Shown: piece by piece, positions 13,701-28,700 of the stretch
How the letters are laid out: each line of letters starts with the position of its first letter
How positions within the stretch are numbered: position 1 is the stretch's first letter
DNA from: an uncultured Planctomycetia bacterium
GTDB lineage: Bacteria; Omnitrophota; Gorgyraeia; 2-02-FULL-51-18
Length of the DNA: 64,000 nucleotides
Assembly (NCBI GenBank): GCA_964431835.1
Contig: CAYSKO010000009.1
Coordinates: forward strand, 8,330 to 72,329
Direction of reading: 5' to 3'
Program-made: the position numbers and the translations under genes
The notes under the pieces: model-generated
Told to the model about the DNA's origin: nothing
What the model saw: the letters and a program-made list of their open reading frames with translations, nothing else
Database searches by the model: none

Positions 13701-16700
13701 ACAAGTTCAAGATCTTCGTGAACGGCGTCGAGAAAACCGCGCTGACGCGCGAGGCCAACACCGACTGGACGCTCGTTTCGCTCGATCTCGTCTCCGGCGC
13801 GAACGAAATCGAATGGCGCTACGAGCGCGCGGCCGGCGCTTCCGCTTCGAACGACCAGGCTTATATCGACGACGTGCTCGTCGCCATCACCAAGACCGAA
13901 GGGTTCTCCTATCCTGCGGGCACCGAGCTGGCCCTGCCGGCTGGTTACACCATGACGGGCGGCTGGAAGAACCAGAACAGCGACGCTTACGACGCGTTCG
14001 GTTTCGCAGCCCGCTCGGGCGCGATCGCCGCGGGTGGCAACTCGACGCTCACCAAGAGCGTGAACCTGGCGGCCGCCGGGAAGGTTTCCTTCCGCTGGAA
14101 GCTCGCCGGCGCGGTCGCGGGCGATACCTTCAAGATCCTCGTCGACGGCGTCGAGCAGACGGCCAAGACGGTGACGGCAGACACGGCGGGCTGGGTGCTC
14201 GCGACGGTGGATCTCGCCGCCGGCGCCCACAACCTCCAGTGGCGCTATGACCGCTCCGCTACGGCCCCGGTCTCCAACGACGGCGCGTACGTCGACGATA
14301 TCCGCGTCTTCACGGTCGGCACGTACGACCAGGGCTTCGTCAATACCACGCTTCCCTCGGACTTCTCGACGTCGACCAACAACTATGCTTCTGTCGACGT
14401 CGATGAGAACCAGGACCACGGCACCAATTCGAACTCGGTCCGCTTGTACGGCGGCTGGGACTATTGGACCCAGGGTGCGGCCTCCATCACGAAAAACGTC
14501 ACGCTCGATCAGGCCGGAGAAGTCAGCTTCTACTGGAAGACGGACATGCAGGGTTCGAGCGACTGGGCCAAATTCTACGTGGACGGCGTGCAGAGCGCGC
14601 AGGTGACGGCGGTGAGCCAAGACTGGACGCTCGTCACGATCAACCTGACGGCGGGCACGCACGCGCTGAAGTGGGAGAACAATAAAGGCATGTGGTCGTC
14701 CACCGGTCAGACGTGGGTGGACGACATCCAGATTACGAGCGCGCAGGTGGCCGGCTTCGAGGACGCGTTCCAGCCCCCGGCGTACGAGCCCTCGTTCGAT
14801 CCGCTCTCCGGCACCTGGTCGATGGCCGCCGCGGGTGCCAACAACACCGCGTACAAGGATTCCGGCACGGGCGAATGGAGCTACCACTCGTCGCAGCTCC
14901 AGGGCCAGACGGCCGAAAACGGCACCGTCGAGGCGCGCATCAAGGTCGACAGCACGAACACGAGCTACAACGATATGGCCTTCCTTAAATTCCGCATGTC
15001 GGCCGACGATTCGACAGGCTACGCGGTAAAGGTCGGACGCGACGATTACGTCTACCTGTACCGCATGGAGTCCGGCTCGTACACTCAGATCGGCAGCGCC
15101 TATCTTGGGGCCTCTTACGACGGGACGCAGTTCAACGACGTGAAGGTCTCGTTCAACGGTTCGGCGATGGAGGTGTTCGTGAACGGCACCTCGCGTATCA
15201 CCACCAGCGATTCGACCTACTCCGGCGCGAACAACAAGTCGGTCGCCGTGGGCACGTTCCACACGGGCGCTCCGATCTGGTTCGACGACGTGAAGGTTGT
15301 CGACGCCAAATTCTTCGATACGTTCACCCAGAAGAAGGACGCTCCGTTCACGCCCGGATCCGGGAACTGGGAATCCGCCGTGGACACCAACGGCAATGTC
15401 GCCTACCGGATCAAGAATATCAACGACGGCAATTACCACCGGTCCGTGTTGAACGGCGCTTCGGTGACGAACGGCGACGTGAGCGCGAAAATCCGCCTCG
15501 CGGGCTCGGCCGGATCGTGGAACTCGGACTACGCCTTCCTTTATTTCCGCACGAACGAGGACGCGTCGAGGGGCTACGCGGCGAAGATCGACGTGGACAA
15601 AAACCTCGTCCTCTACCGCTACGACAACGGCAGCTGGTGGGCGCTTTCGAGCGTGAACCTGGGCGCGTCGTACGACCCCGCGCTGTACCACGAGATCAAG
15701 GCGCGTCTCGACGGCGACTCGATCAAGATCCTCGTCGACGGCGTGGAAAAGACGAGCGCGACCGATTCCAACTTCACCGGCGCGGAATACGACGGGGTGG
15801 CGGTCGGCAACTACTACACGAGCGGCGACGTCTGGTTCGACGACGTGAAAGCGGTCGCCGACGAGGCTGTCGGAACGTTCTCGCAGGTGAAGGCCGCGCC
15901 CTTCAACGTATTGTCCGGCACCTGGGCGACGAAGAACGAGAACGGGAATATCGTCTACCGCGTCACCGACACAAACGTTTGGGACTTCCGCCGGAGCCTA
16001 ATGGAGGACATCGCCGTCAAGACCGGCGTGTACCAGGCGAAGATCCGGATCGACGGCAACAACTTCAATTACAACGAAAACGGCTACCTCTACTTCCGCA
16101 TGTCGGACGACGGTTCCACCGGCTATGCGGTCGAGCTCGACAAGAGCCGCAATTTGATTCTCTACCGCGTGACCAACGGCAGCTACCAGGCGCTCGCGTC
16201 GACGACGCTCGCGGTGCCCTTTAACCCGCAGGCCTTCAACACGCTGAAGGTCGAACTCGGGGACGCGGGGCTCATGAAGGTCTACGTGAACGGCGCGGCG
16301 ACCGCGTCGCTCACCTTCAGCGACGCGACCTACTTCACGGACGCCAACGTGCGCGTCGGCGCGGGCAGTTACCACACCTCGATGGGCGTGACGTTCGACG
16401 ACTTCTACACGGAGAACGCCTCCGTCCTCAAGGAAGCGTTCGACCGCATCAAACCCTTCCCGTTCACCGCCCTATCGGGAACCTGGACCACGCTGGACGC
16501 GGGCGACGGCAACAAAGGCTACGCGCAGACGGGGACGGGGAACAATTACCGCATGGCCCGCATGGACGGCAAGATCCTCACCGACGGCATCCTGCAGGGC
16601 GACGTGAAGCTGAACGGCACGAGCGCGACGGACGAGGCGCACTTCATGTTCCGCATGGACGCGAACTTAAACAACGGTAACGCGGTCGGCCTCGACCGCG

Positions 16701-19700
16701 CAGGCAACCTGCGCCTCTACCGGGTGACCAACAACGGCTGGGGTCCGAGCTACCAGGAGATCAGGAAGGTCGTCCTCGCCGGCTTCAACCCCGCGCTCAA
16801 GCATAACCTTAAGGTCGTGGTCCGCGACGAGACGGTGACCGTGTTCGTGGATGGCGCCACGGCTCCCACCCTCACGTACACGGACGAGACGAGCGACTAC
16901 ATTTATTCGGGCGCCTCGCAGACCGGCGTCGCCCTCTCGACTGTCAACCTGACGGGCGCGGCGATCTTCGACGATTTCGCGGCCACGAAGGACCCTGCGC
17001 GCGATAATCTGAATCCGGTGAAGCCCGTCCAGTTTACGCCGCAGCAGGGCACGTGGGGCATGGCGGACGACGGCAATGGCAACATCGCGTATCGCGAAAA
17101 GAAAATCAACGACTGGAACGCCCACCTCGCGTACATCGAAGATCTCGAGGCCGAGGACGGCGAGATTGAGGCAAAGGTCCGCATCGACGGCCGCGCGGCG
17201 AATTCCACCGACGCCGCCTACGTGTACTTCCGCACCGACCAGTGGCGCGGCAACGGTTACGCGGCCCGCATCGACGTGGACGGCCTCGTGAAGCTCTACC
17301 GCTACAGCGGCAATTCCTACACCGAGATCGGTACCGCTTCGCTGGGTGCCTCGTTCGATCCGGCGCTCTACCACACGCTGAAAGTCGCCTACGACGGCTC
17401 GGACATCCGCGTGTCCGTCGACGGCGTCCAGAAGATCGCCGTCGACGACGACACTTACGCCGGCTCGAGCTACGTGTACGCGGCGATCGGGACCCAGAAC
17501 ACGAGCGGCCCTGTGTGGTTCGACGACGTGCGCGCGAACTTCACGCCCGTGCGCGACAACTTCACGAAGCTGAGTGCGGTGAACTTTACTCCCGTGTCCG
17601 ACGGCGGCCGCTGGAAGCAGACCGACGACGGCGGCGGGCTGTGGCGGTATTCCCAGACGCGACTGGATACCCAGCGCCACCTCACTCAGATGAACGGCGT
17701 TTCGGTGACCGACGGCACGATCCGCGCGTCGGTGCGCATCACGGGCACCGATTCGACCGACGCCGCCTACGTGTACTTCCGCATGAACTCGCAGCTTTCG
17801 AACGGCTACGCGGTCTCGATCTCGCGCGACAAGTCGATCCGCATCCACCGGATGTTGAACGGCGTGTACACGACGCTGAAGACGGTGTCGCTCGGCGCGT
17901 CGTTCGACCCCGCGGCGTTCCATAATCTCCGCATCGAGACCGAGGGTGCGATGATCAAAGTGTTCGTCGACGGCGCCGCGCAGCCGGCCGCTCACATCAC
18001 CGACACGACGTGGTCCGGCGCCTCGCAGGCGACGGTCGCGCTTGGCACGCACGACCTCTCGGGCGCCGTTTCCTTCGACGACGTTTCCGCCACGAAGGCG
18101 CCGCAGGTCGACGACCGCTTCACGCTCACGCCCGCTGTCACCGGCTTCACGCCGCTCGCCGACCAGGGCGACTGGAAGGCGATGGACGACCGCACCAACG
18201 ACTTCAAGTACGTCCAGACGAAGGTCGACGGCCTCGTGCACCGCGCGCAGGTCGACGGGGCTTCGACGCTGAACGGCGACGTCACCGCGAAGGTGCGCCT
18301 GGACGGCAAAGGCGAGGCGATGATCTTCTTCCGGAACGCCGCCGACCTGAAATCCGGTCTCGTCACCTCGCTCGACGCCGACGGTCGCCTGCACGTCTAC
18401 AGTTACACGACGGCCGCCAACGGCACGATGACTTTCACCGACGTGACCGCTCCCGTCCAAATGCCCGCTTCTTTCGACCGCTCCGCCTACCACACGATCC
18501 GCGTCTCGATGGACGGCGGCGTGGTTCGCGTGTTCGTCGATGGCGCGCAGAACCCTTCGTCGACGTACGTCCACTACGATATCCGCAATGAGTCCTCGGC
18601 GTCCACGCAGGTACTGATCGGCACGCGCGGCGCCGAGTCGTTCGTCTGGTTCGACGACGTGAAGGTCGAGAAGAATACGAGCTGGAAACCGGTCTACGCC
18701 GGCCCCGCGACTTCGCCGCACCAGATGTTCCACTTGGAGAAGGCCGCCACGGGCACGCAGATCATGCCCGACGGATTCGAGACGACCGACGCCCTCGTTC
18801 AGAATAAGACGAGCTCCAACTGGGTCGCCAACGGCGTCCTCATCAATCCCGCCGGCCGCCGCGCGGTGGTCAAGAGCGCCCTGTCGGGCGTCGACCAGGG
18901 CGAGCAGACCCTCCGCTTCGGAGACCAGGTCATCTCGATGAAGGATGTCCGTGTGTTCGTGAACGGCCAACTTACCGATCTCTCGACGCTCCAGGGGAGC
19001 TTGAGCGAAGCCGCGGCCAACGACGAAGTTCTCGAACTTTCCTCCGACACCCTCATCAAGCGCGAGCGGAACGGCCGGTGGACGCCGTTCGTCAATTTCG
19101 TGAACCTGAGCCGCCGCTCCCGCACCGCGAAGATCGCCTCCGATTCACCGATCGAGGACGTCGTCGTGGGTACTTCGACGATGCGGATCGGCGACATGGA
19201 CGTGCGTATGCCCGACGGGTGGCGTGTGAACTTCTATCCGTGCGCGATCGGGCAAGGTTGCATGCCGACGCAGATCTCCTCGATCACGGCGCTCCGACAG
19301 AAACTCCTCGAGATTCAGGCGGACCGCGCCCGTGCTGTCCTCGAGGACGCGCAGGACCTGCGCCGCACGTCCTCCGGCGAGTGGACGTTCGGCAATTCCA
19401 CGATTGACCTCCGCATGACCGCGACTCCGGCCACGACGCTGGCGGTAGGCAGCCTGCTCGCCTCGGTCGACGACGGCCCCGGGAAGACGTTCTCCACCAC
19501 GGACGGGACTCCGATCAAGACCGTGGGACGCAAGGCCTGGTGGTACAACAACGGCCAGTACGAGGAAATCAGCCTCACGTCGCTGAAGAACAAGCTCGCC
19601 GCGATCCAGGCGGCCGGAGACCGCATCCGCGTTGACGGCCAGTACGGTAACCAGAACGGGCACCTGCTTCGCGAGAATGCCTCCGGCGATTGGGAGCTCA

Positions 19701-22700
19701 CGCAGGATATCTACTTCCGCATGTCGGAGCCCGTTGCGACGCTCGGCGCCCAGTCGGTCCTCAAGACTGTCACGGTCGAAGGGGCGGACGGAACGCTCAC
19801 ATGGATCGACGGCCAGGCCGTACGGCTCGACGACCGCAAAATCTATTGGAACTACCAGGAAATTTCGATCGCAGCTCTGCGCGACAACCTCCAGGCCGCG
19901 GACCTCGAGAACCTCAAGGTACTTCTCTCGAGCCAGGTGCGCATGCGCAAGAATTCATCCGGAGTATGGTCGTTCGCCGACGACCTCCGCTTCGAAACCG
20001 GAGCGCGGTCCGCGGGCCGGCTGATGGCCGACGCGCTCGTGTCCTCCGTTCAGGACGCCGCCGCCCAGAATACGATCACGATGATCGACGGTCGCGCGAT
20101 CAAACTCGGCTCTTTCCAGATTTACTGGTGGAACGGGGTTATGTACGAGACGCTCAGCCTCACCGCATTCAAGGGCAAAGTCGACGCGGCCCAGATCGCG
20201 GGCGACAAGGTCTTCACGCGCGCCGCGGACTACTGGAACAACTCGTATGAAGTCCGAAAGAACGCCGCCGGCGAATGGGAATTCGCGCAGAACGTGTATT
20301 TCGGCGTTTCTTCCCAGACTGCGGCGATCGCCGTGGACTCGCTCTTGACGGCCGCCTCGGCCAACGCGCCCGCGACGATCACCCTTCTCGACGGACAGTC
20401 GCTCGCGATCGGCTCGAAGAAGATCTACTGGTGGAACGGGACCGCCGACGTCGAGATCAGCGCCGCCGTGCTCGTCGAAAAGATCGGCCTCATCCAGACC
20501 CGCGGCGACAAGGTTTCCTTCCGCGTGCGCGCCGCCATCAAGAAGTCCGGTTCCGACTGGGTGCTCGACGAGGACCTGCGCCTGATGGCGACGGGGTCCG
20601 CTTCCGGCATCGCTCCGGATTCGCTCCTGACGTCGGTCACGACGGGCTCCGGCGGGGCACTCAGCTTCCTCCAGGGTCTCGACGTGAAGATGAACGGCAA
20701 AAAGATTTTCTGGTTCAACGGAACCACCACTCAGGAGATCGACGCGGCGGGCCTCGCGCAAAAGATCGTCGACGCCAACACGTTTGGCGGCCGCGTTCGC
20801 ACCCGCAACCTGAACACGTACCCGGTCTCGATGTTCGGCATCCGCAAGGCCGACACCGGCGAGTGGCAGCTGTCCCAGGACATCACGTTCGAAGCGACCC
20901 AAACGACCGCGAGCCTCCGTCTCGACACTCCGGTCACGGCCGTCAACACTGCGAACGGCGGTTCGTTCCAGCTGTCCGACGGATCGTGGGTCAAGATGAA
21001 CGGCAAGCTCGTTTACTGGGGCCACGCCACGACGCAGACGATCGCGCTCTCCACGCTCGCGAGCTACGTTCAGCAGGCCAACGACGCCGGCACCCGCACC
21101 CACGTGACTTGGGGCAACATGGGATGGTCTCGTAAAGAAACGTTCGCCATGCGCAAGGTCTCCGACACGGAATGGGAGCTCACCGAGGACATCTTCATGA
21201 TGACCGACGTCTGGCCGGGCTCCACCTTCGGGCAGAGCACCCTCGTGAGCGCCGTCGACGCGGGCGCCGTGCCGTCGGTCTCGTTCGGAAGCCAGACAGT
21301 TCTCCTCGGAAGTCAGACGATCACTTGGCACGACGGCGCGACCTCGACCACGATTTCCGCGGCCACGCTCGCGGGATACCTCGACGCCGCCCGCGCGAGC
21401 GGCGACAAGATCTCTCTCAAGCTTGCCAACGGAATGACCAAGAACGCCTCCGGCCAGTGGACGCTGACGGGAACGCTTCAGGTCGAGGCCTTCCCCAAAC
21501 TCGGGACGTTCGCCGCAAGCTCTCTTCTCAAGGCGGTCTCGGCGTCGCCCGCCACCTACACGCTCTACGACGGTCAGCCGGTCAAGCTCGACGGCGCGCA
21601 GATGAACTGGTGGAATGGCACCGCGAGCGTGGCGATTTCGGCCGCGGACCTTGCCATCAAGATCGCCGAAGCCGCCGCGGTCAACGGCCGCGTGGAACTT
21701 AAGAACGCCGCCGGCGTGCGCAAGGCCGGTTCGGATTGGATCGCCACGGGGCCCGTCACCTTCCAGGCCGTCGAGCAGAAGGCGACGCTCGCGCTCGGCG
21801 CGGTCATCACCGCGGCCACCGGCACGGACACGATTTCGCTCCTCGGCGGCGATGCGGTAAAGATCGCCGGACGCAAAATTTACTGGTGGAACGGCACGGG
21901 TTACGACGAGGTGGACGTGCCCACGCTCGCGACGAATCTTGCGCTGACGGCCACCGCCGGTAAGAAAGCGCTCCTGCGCGTCCCCAACGAGACCCGCCGG
22001 AACGTGGCCAACGAGCTTGAATTCACTCAGAACGTCTACCTCGGTGCGTCCGACTCGCTTCTGACGGTCGACCGGAACTCGATGATCCTGTCCGCGAACG
22101 CGGCCGGCACGATCACTCTCCTTAGCGGCCAGGCGATCAAGCTCGGAGCGTTCACGGTCCGTTGGCAGGAAAACGGCACCATCCAGGACCTGACCGCCGC
22201 GCAGTTTGCGGAAAAGGTCGGAACCCAGGCGGGCCTCGGCAACCGTATCGGAGCCCTTGCGAATCTCGCGGCGCGCCGTGCGACCAATGGGGACTGGGAA
22301 TTCACCTCTGCGCCGCTCTTCGGCCCGATCGAGACGCTCAGCGCGATCGACGCGGATGCGCCGGTCGGCGGGATCAACCTTGTGAATGGCACGATCCGCA
22401 TCGGTACCCGCGACATCGTGCTGCCGGCGGGCGGGATCTCGGTCACCTTCACCAACGAGAACGGCGTTTCCGAAACCCTTACCACGCTGGCGGACCTCAA
22501 GAACCGCATCGATCAGGCCCTGCAGAACGGACTCGGCATCCTGACGTACGACCCTGCGACACCGATCACAATCCGGAAAGAAGGCGCCGTCTGGAAGATC
22601 GTGACCGGCAACTTCAAGCTGAAGACCTCGTCCGACCGCGCGACCCTGCGGACCGGTTCGCTCGTCGAGGCCGTGGACGTCACAAACAAGAAGGTCACCA

Positions 22701-25700
22701 TTGGCGGCACCACCTACCAGATGAGCGCCACGGCCACGGTCCGCTGGTGGAATCAGCCGATGAACCGTTACGACGTGATCACGGCGACGACGCTCCAGCA
22801 TTACCTGACCGAATACATCGACAATTGGAACGGCGTCGCGGGCTTCAACCTCGAGAAAGCCGCGTACCTGATCGAGGTGCGGGACGATCTGCAGGCTCGC
22901 CGCGCCAACGACGGCACGTGGCACTTCGCGACCGAGAACCTTTACTTCAAGCCGACGCTGGCCACGGCGACCATCACGAAGGACTCGACCGTTCAGAGCT
23001 ACGACGGCGTGAACATCACCTTCGCCGGTGGCCGCAAGGTGCGCCGCTATCATACCGCCGGTATTAGTTGGCAGACCGCCCAGAATTGCTGGAACTGCTA
23101 CGAAAACATCTCCGACGACGAGTTCGCGCGCCGCATCGCCCTAGCGGCCCAGGAAGGCCGCGTCATCAAGCTCGAGTACGACGAAACCGTTTACGTCGAC
23201 GCCAACGGCGAATACCGCTTCGACACCGTCCCCGTGTTCGTGAACGTGATTCCGACGATCTCGCTCGCGGAAGGCTCGGCGGTCGACGGTGCGAGCGGAA
23301 TCAACAAGAGCGTCAGCATCAGCGGCATGGAGATCGTTGTCCCGACGACGCCGGGCGGATGGAACCAGCCCTACGGCGAATACATCGGCTGGCGCGACAA
23401 TAACTGCGGATCTTCGCTCTGCCCCGAGCAGTCGCTTAGCATTGTCGAGTTCGCCGCGAAGATCGTGGAAGCGCAGAAGACCGGCCGCAAGGTCAAAACT
23501 TATCAGGAGACGAAGTTCAAACAAACCGAGAGCGGCTGGATCTTCGAAGGCCGCCCGGTGTTCGGCTACGCCGAAGCCGTCGCCACCGCGACGATCCAGC
23601 TGAATGCGCTGATCACGGGCCTCACGAAGACCGAAACGCGCAAGAGCATCAACTTCGGCGGCCTCGACGTGAAGGTCCCCGACAACACGATCCTCTACTG
23701 GTTCGACGGCTACTATCAGCAGCTCAATTTCGACCAGTTCAAGGCCCGCGTCGAGCAGACGATCGCCGCAGGCGAGAGGGTCGAGACCTACCTCGGCGAC
23801 CACTATATGAAGCGCACGGGCGAAGGCTGGGAGCTCACCTCGAACCCGCTCTATCTCTTCCGCAAGCCGGCCTCCAGCTCCATGAATCAGAGCGTGCTTC
23901 GCGATTTCAACGGCAACGTCTCGGCCGTCAACGCCTCTGCCAAAAAGCTCACCGTCAACGGCCTTGAGATCGAGACCATCGACGAGACGGTCATCCTGAA
24001 CGGCATCGTGATCCCGCTTTCCGAGCTTGCGACGCACGTGGGCGGCGCGGATTCACTGACGCTTCGCGAAGGCGACATCGTCTACGAAAACGGCGCGTGG
24101 AAGTTCCGTGCGCGCGCCACGATCTTCACCCGCGTCACGACGCTCGCGGATGTGAAGGGCCCGCTCACGGCCGTCGACAAGATCAAGAAGACGGTCACGA
24201 TCGGCGGTATCGTGATGACGGTGCTCGAAGGATCCAACGTAACGGTCGACGGAGTGGGCTATTCGATCGACGCTCTGGCCGAGAAGCTCGAGCAGAGCCG
24301 CTCGGCGAACCTGCCGATCTGGATCGACGATGTGCTGGGCGGCATCAACGACACTCCGACCGGCTGGGTCGTCCGCGGCAACCTCATCATGAAGACGCAG
24401 ACCACGACCCTGGGCTCGTTCGCCGGCAAGCTCGAGCGGATCAACGCGGGCAACCGCACGATCGAGGTGAACGGGATGCGGATGGTGGTCACCGAAGGCG
24501 CCAAATTCACGGTCGACAGCAAGCAGGTCGGTCTCAAGGAGCTCGAGCAAATCCTCCGCGGGAACCAGGATATCGGCGCGGTCACGTGGCTCAAACTGGC
24601 CGAAGTGCGTTACGGCGCCGCGGGCTGGGAGATCGGCGGAGGCACCTTCGAGACGAAGAAGGTCGTGCTCGGCGACGTCACCGGCACGGTCGCGTCGGTG
24701 GACGCGACAACAGGAACGATCCTCGTGAACGGCCGCACGCTGAACATCGGCTCGAAACCGGCCGCCGGATGGACGCTCGACGGAACCACCTACGATTACC
24801 TGACGTTCGTCGCGAAGCTTTCCGAAGCGCGCGGCAAGGGACACGTTGTCCGGCTCAACAATTCACGCGTGATCGACACTCCGAAGGGCCTTTCGATCGA
24901 CGGCCTCGTGAACCTTACGACGACCTCCAAGTTCGTCGAAAAGAACGTGAACATGGAAGTCACCGCACTCGGCACGCTCTCCGACGGCACGAAGACGGTA
25001 ACCGCGGGTGGCCGAGTGATCCGCGTGCCTTCGAACATGTCATGGAAGCTCGACGGCAATTACGTCACGTTCGACGCGGTCTCGGCACGCCTGGCTCAGA
25101 TCATCGCGATGAACGGTTCGTTCCGCCTGAATGGAGTCCAGATGGAAGAAGGCCCGAACGGTTGGTCGCTCGTCCCGATGGCGACGACGACGCAGTGGGG
25201 CTGGGTCACCATGGATTACGACATCAAGTTCCAATCGTTGACCGACACGCAGACCCTGACGAGCGGCACCCTGACGGCGGTCGATCCCGCCGCGGCCCAG
25301 CTCACCGTCGTGGTCTCTGGCCGCACGATCAAGCTCCCGGCGTCGACGAGCATCCAGCTCGACGGCGCGTGGTCCAATCTGGTCACGCTCAAGCAGAAGA
25401 TGCTCGACGCGGCGGCCGCAGGCGGCATCATCGAGATTCAGAACGCGGCGATGCGTTGGGAAGCAACCGGCTGGGTCATCACCTCTGCCTCCTTCGTCAC
25501 GCGACTGGCCTCGCAGTCGCTCTTCTTCGGAACGGTCACCGCCGCAAGCTCCTCGACCACGCCGCCCACACTCAGCGCCAACGGGCGCACGGTCAACATG
25601 ACGAGCGTGAATCTGTACGTCGACAACCAGTACACGACGCTCGCGGCGTTCCGCGACCGTTTGGCGCTGGCCGAATCGAAAGGCGAGAGCTTCGAATTCC

Positions 25701-28700
25701 TGAACTCCTCGCTCCGTTTCACGAAGGACGGCTGGGTGCCGGATACGACCACTTTCTACGTGCGCACGCGCTCGGTCTCCGAAACCTTCGGCGGGGTCAT
25801 GAACTCCGTGAACCCCGGTCTCGGCGAGATCACGGTCAACGGCCGTCCGATCAAGATCACGGGCTCGGTCATGCTGAACGGGCAATGGGCGAATCTTCAG
25901 ATGATTTCGGACCGTATCGCGCAGATGCCGGCCGGTTCGGGCATCGAGCTTCGCGCCGCGCCGCTGGTCTTCCGGAACGGCATCTGGACCAACGACACCG
26001 CGCAGACGCCGCAGTTCTTCACGATCCAGCCTCGCATGACCGCTTTCAGCGGGTCGGTGACCTCGTTCAATGGGACGTCGACCCCCAAGACGATCAGCGT
26101 GAACGGCCGCACTGTGATCCTGCCGGCCAGCATGAACATCTATGTCAATGACGTGTACACGACCCAGGCCAACTTCGAAAATAAGCTCGCCGCCGCCGTC
26201 GCCGCCGGTGGCCTCTTCGAGCTCTCTGGGGCCAACCTCATCGAAACGAACGCGGGCTGGACGCTGGACGGCGTGACGGTCATGTTCCGCGAGAAGACGC
26301 ACCAGCTGGCGACAGTCACCGCTCCGCTCAAGGGGATCGACCTTTCGGGTGTGCAAAAGACTCTGACCCTGACCGGCCGTACGGTGCGCGTGAAGTCGGA
26401 CGCGACGTTCTTGGTCGACGGTCGCTCGATGACACTCGCGGAACTCCAGACCGCGTTCAACGCGGCGGAAGCGGGAGGCTACGTGCTCGACGTGCAGCTG
26501 CCGACGCTGCGCAAAGTCGGAAACGACCTAGAAGCCGTCCCGACGCAGCAACAGGTTTGGCAGCCCAACATCGGCTGGACGTGGATCGACGGGCCGTTCG
26601 TCGTCACCTCCATCACGATGGCCCTGGCGGGACAATCCGCGGCGGCGACCGCGGCGAACGCAACCTCGAATCCGAAGACCGTGCGGGTAAACGGCCGCGA
26701 CGTCCGCGTCCCCGTCAATTACCAGTTCATGCTCGACGGATCGTACGTGCCGTTTGAGACCGTGGCCGCGCGCATCGCTTCCGTCGCCGAATTCGGCGGC
26801 ATGGTGGAGCTCGTGGGCGCCGCGACCAAGATGAACGCCGACGGCTGGGAGTTCAAGCCCTCCGTCCGCACGAACTCGTGGGGCCAGCAGTATTTGGCCA
26901 ACGAACTTCTGTTCTATACGAAGGACCAGATGTACGAATCCGTCGTTGGCGGTCTTACTGGCATCAACGTGGCGTCCACGCCGAAGACCCTCGCCGTTTC
27001 CGGCCGCACGGCGATCATTCCCGACGGCACGACCTTCACGATCGACGGCTCGCCGGCCGTCACGCCCGCCGAGCTCGCGACCCGTTTCGCCCAGCTGCCC
27101 GCCGGCGCCCGAATCGAATTCGCCTCCAACACGTCCATGCGTTTCACGAGTGGCGGCTGGGTGCTGACGCCCACGCGCGATTCGTGGGGCAATATCTACC
27201 CGATGAGCCTGACGACGAAGTCGATGAAGGAACAGTCGGTACGGGGAGCGGTGGGCACGGTCTCGACTTCGCCCCAGAGCATCACCATCGGCGGTCGCAC
27301 GTTCGCCGCCGAGGGCTTCGACGTGGAACTGAACGGCACGATCCTCACATTCGCCGCCGCCACGGCCGCGATCGCGGCACTGGCGGCGTCCGGTGCGAAC
27401 GTCGAGGTCACGAACGCGAACGCGAAGCTCGGGTCGAACGGCTGGGAGCTCGACACGATTATGGCGTCGGTCTGCAACAGCTGGAGCTGCTACAACCAGC
27501 CAACCAAGCGCTTGCAGATCCAGAGCGACTCGGCTTCGATCTCCGATGCCGACGGCCCGGTCACGGCGATCGGCGCGGACCGCAAAGCCACGATCCACGG
27601 CCGTTCGGTTGCGATCCCGGCCACCGCGGTTCTCACTCTGGACGGCCGCACCGTTACGTTCGCCGAGCTGCGCCAGGCGCTTTCGGACTTCCAGTCCATC
27701 GGCGCGGACGTCAATATTGAAAACGCTTCGATGACTTACGGCACGTCGGGCTGGGTCTTCACGCAGGGCTTCATGAACATGAACGGTATCGTGACGCTCG
27801 CGTTTTCTTCCGAGAGCTCGCGCCGCTCGGTCACCGGACGCGTGACGGCCGTGAACGAGGCCGCCGGCACCGTGACGTTCGCGGGCCGCGTCGTGAAAGT
27901 GAATCCGCAGATGAAGCTCAAGATCGAAGGCATCCTCATTCCGTGGACGGCGTTCGTCGAGCGTTTCCGCGCGTCCAACGCGTTCGACGCGCTGAACGCG
28001 ACGATCCAGTGGACGAAGAACGGCTGGGAGTTCGCGCGCCAGGTCACCCGCGACCAGTGGAGCAACGCCACCTACAATTACGACGTGAACTTCGGCGACA
28101 CGACCGCCACCGCCAACGGTTTCGCGGGCTCCGTCTCCGCCATCAACGTCGCCGGCGGTTTCCTGAACGTCAACGGCTCGAAGATCGCGATGCGGCCGGG
28201 TCTCGTCATGACGCTGGACGGCGAGCGCGTCACGCTCGAACAGCTGGCTGCGAAGATGCAGGCAAGCACGGCGCTCGGCAACCTCACTTGGCTTCAGAAT
28301 TCGGGCATCCGTTTCATTTCGGCCGCGGAAGGCTGGACGTTCGATTCCTCGGCGATCTCGTTCGTGACGAAGGCGTCCTCGATGCGCACCTATCCGAAGG
28401 GCGTCGCCACGAAGATCGTTTCGACCGACGCGACCTCCACGGTGGTCGAGATGAGCGGAATCCGCTTCCGCATCGACGCGCGCACGGCGTTCACCGACGG
28501 CTCCTCCGACTACGCAGCGTTCGTCACCGCGCTGCAGGCCCGCCTGGCCTCCGGCGGCCGTCCCGTCCTCGCCGCGACGCTCACGTTCATCGGGGGAGAA
28601 TGGGTGGCCATGCGTTTGGGCTCGGTCGACGTGATTCAAAAGACCGATTCGTTCAACACCTTCGGCAAGAGCTACGCGATCACGCTCGACCCGGCCAATC

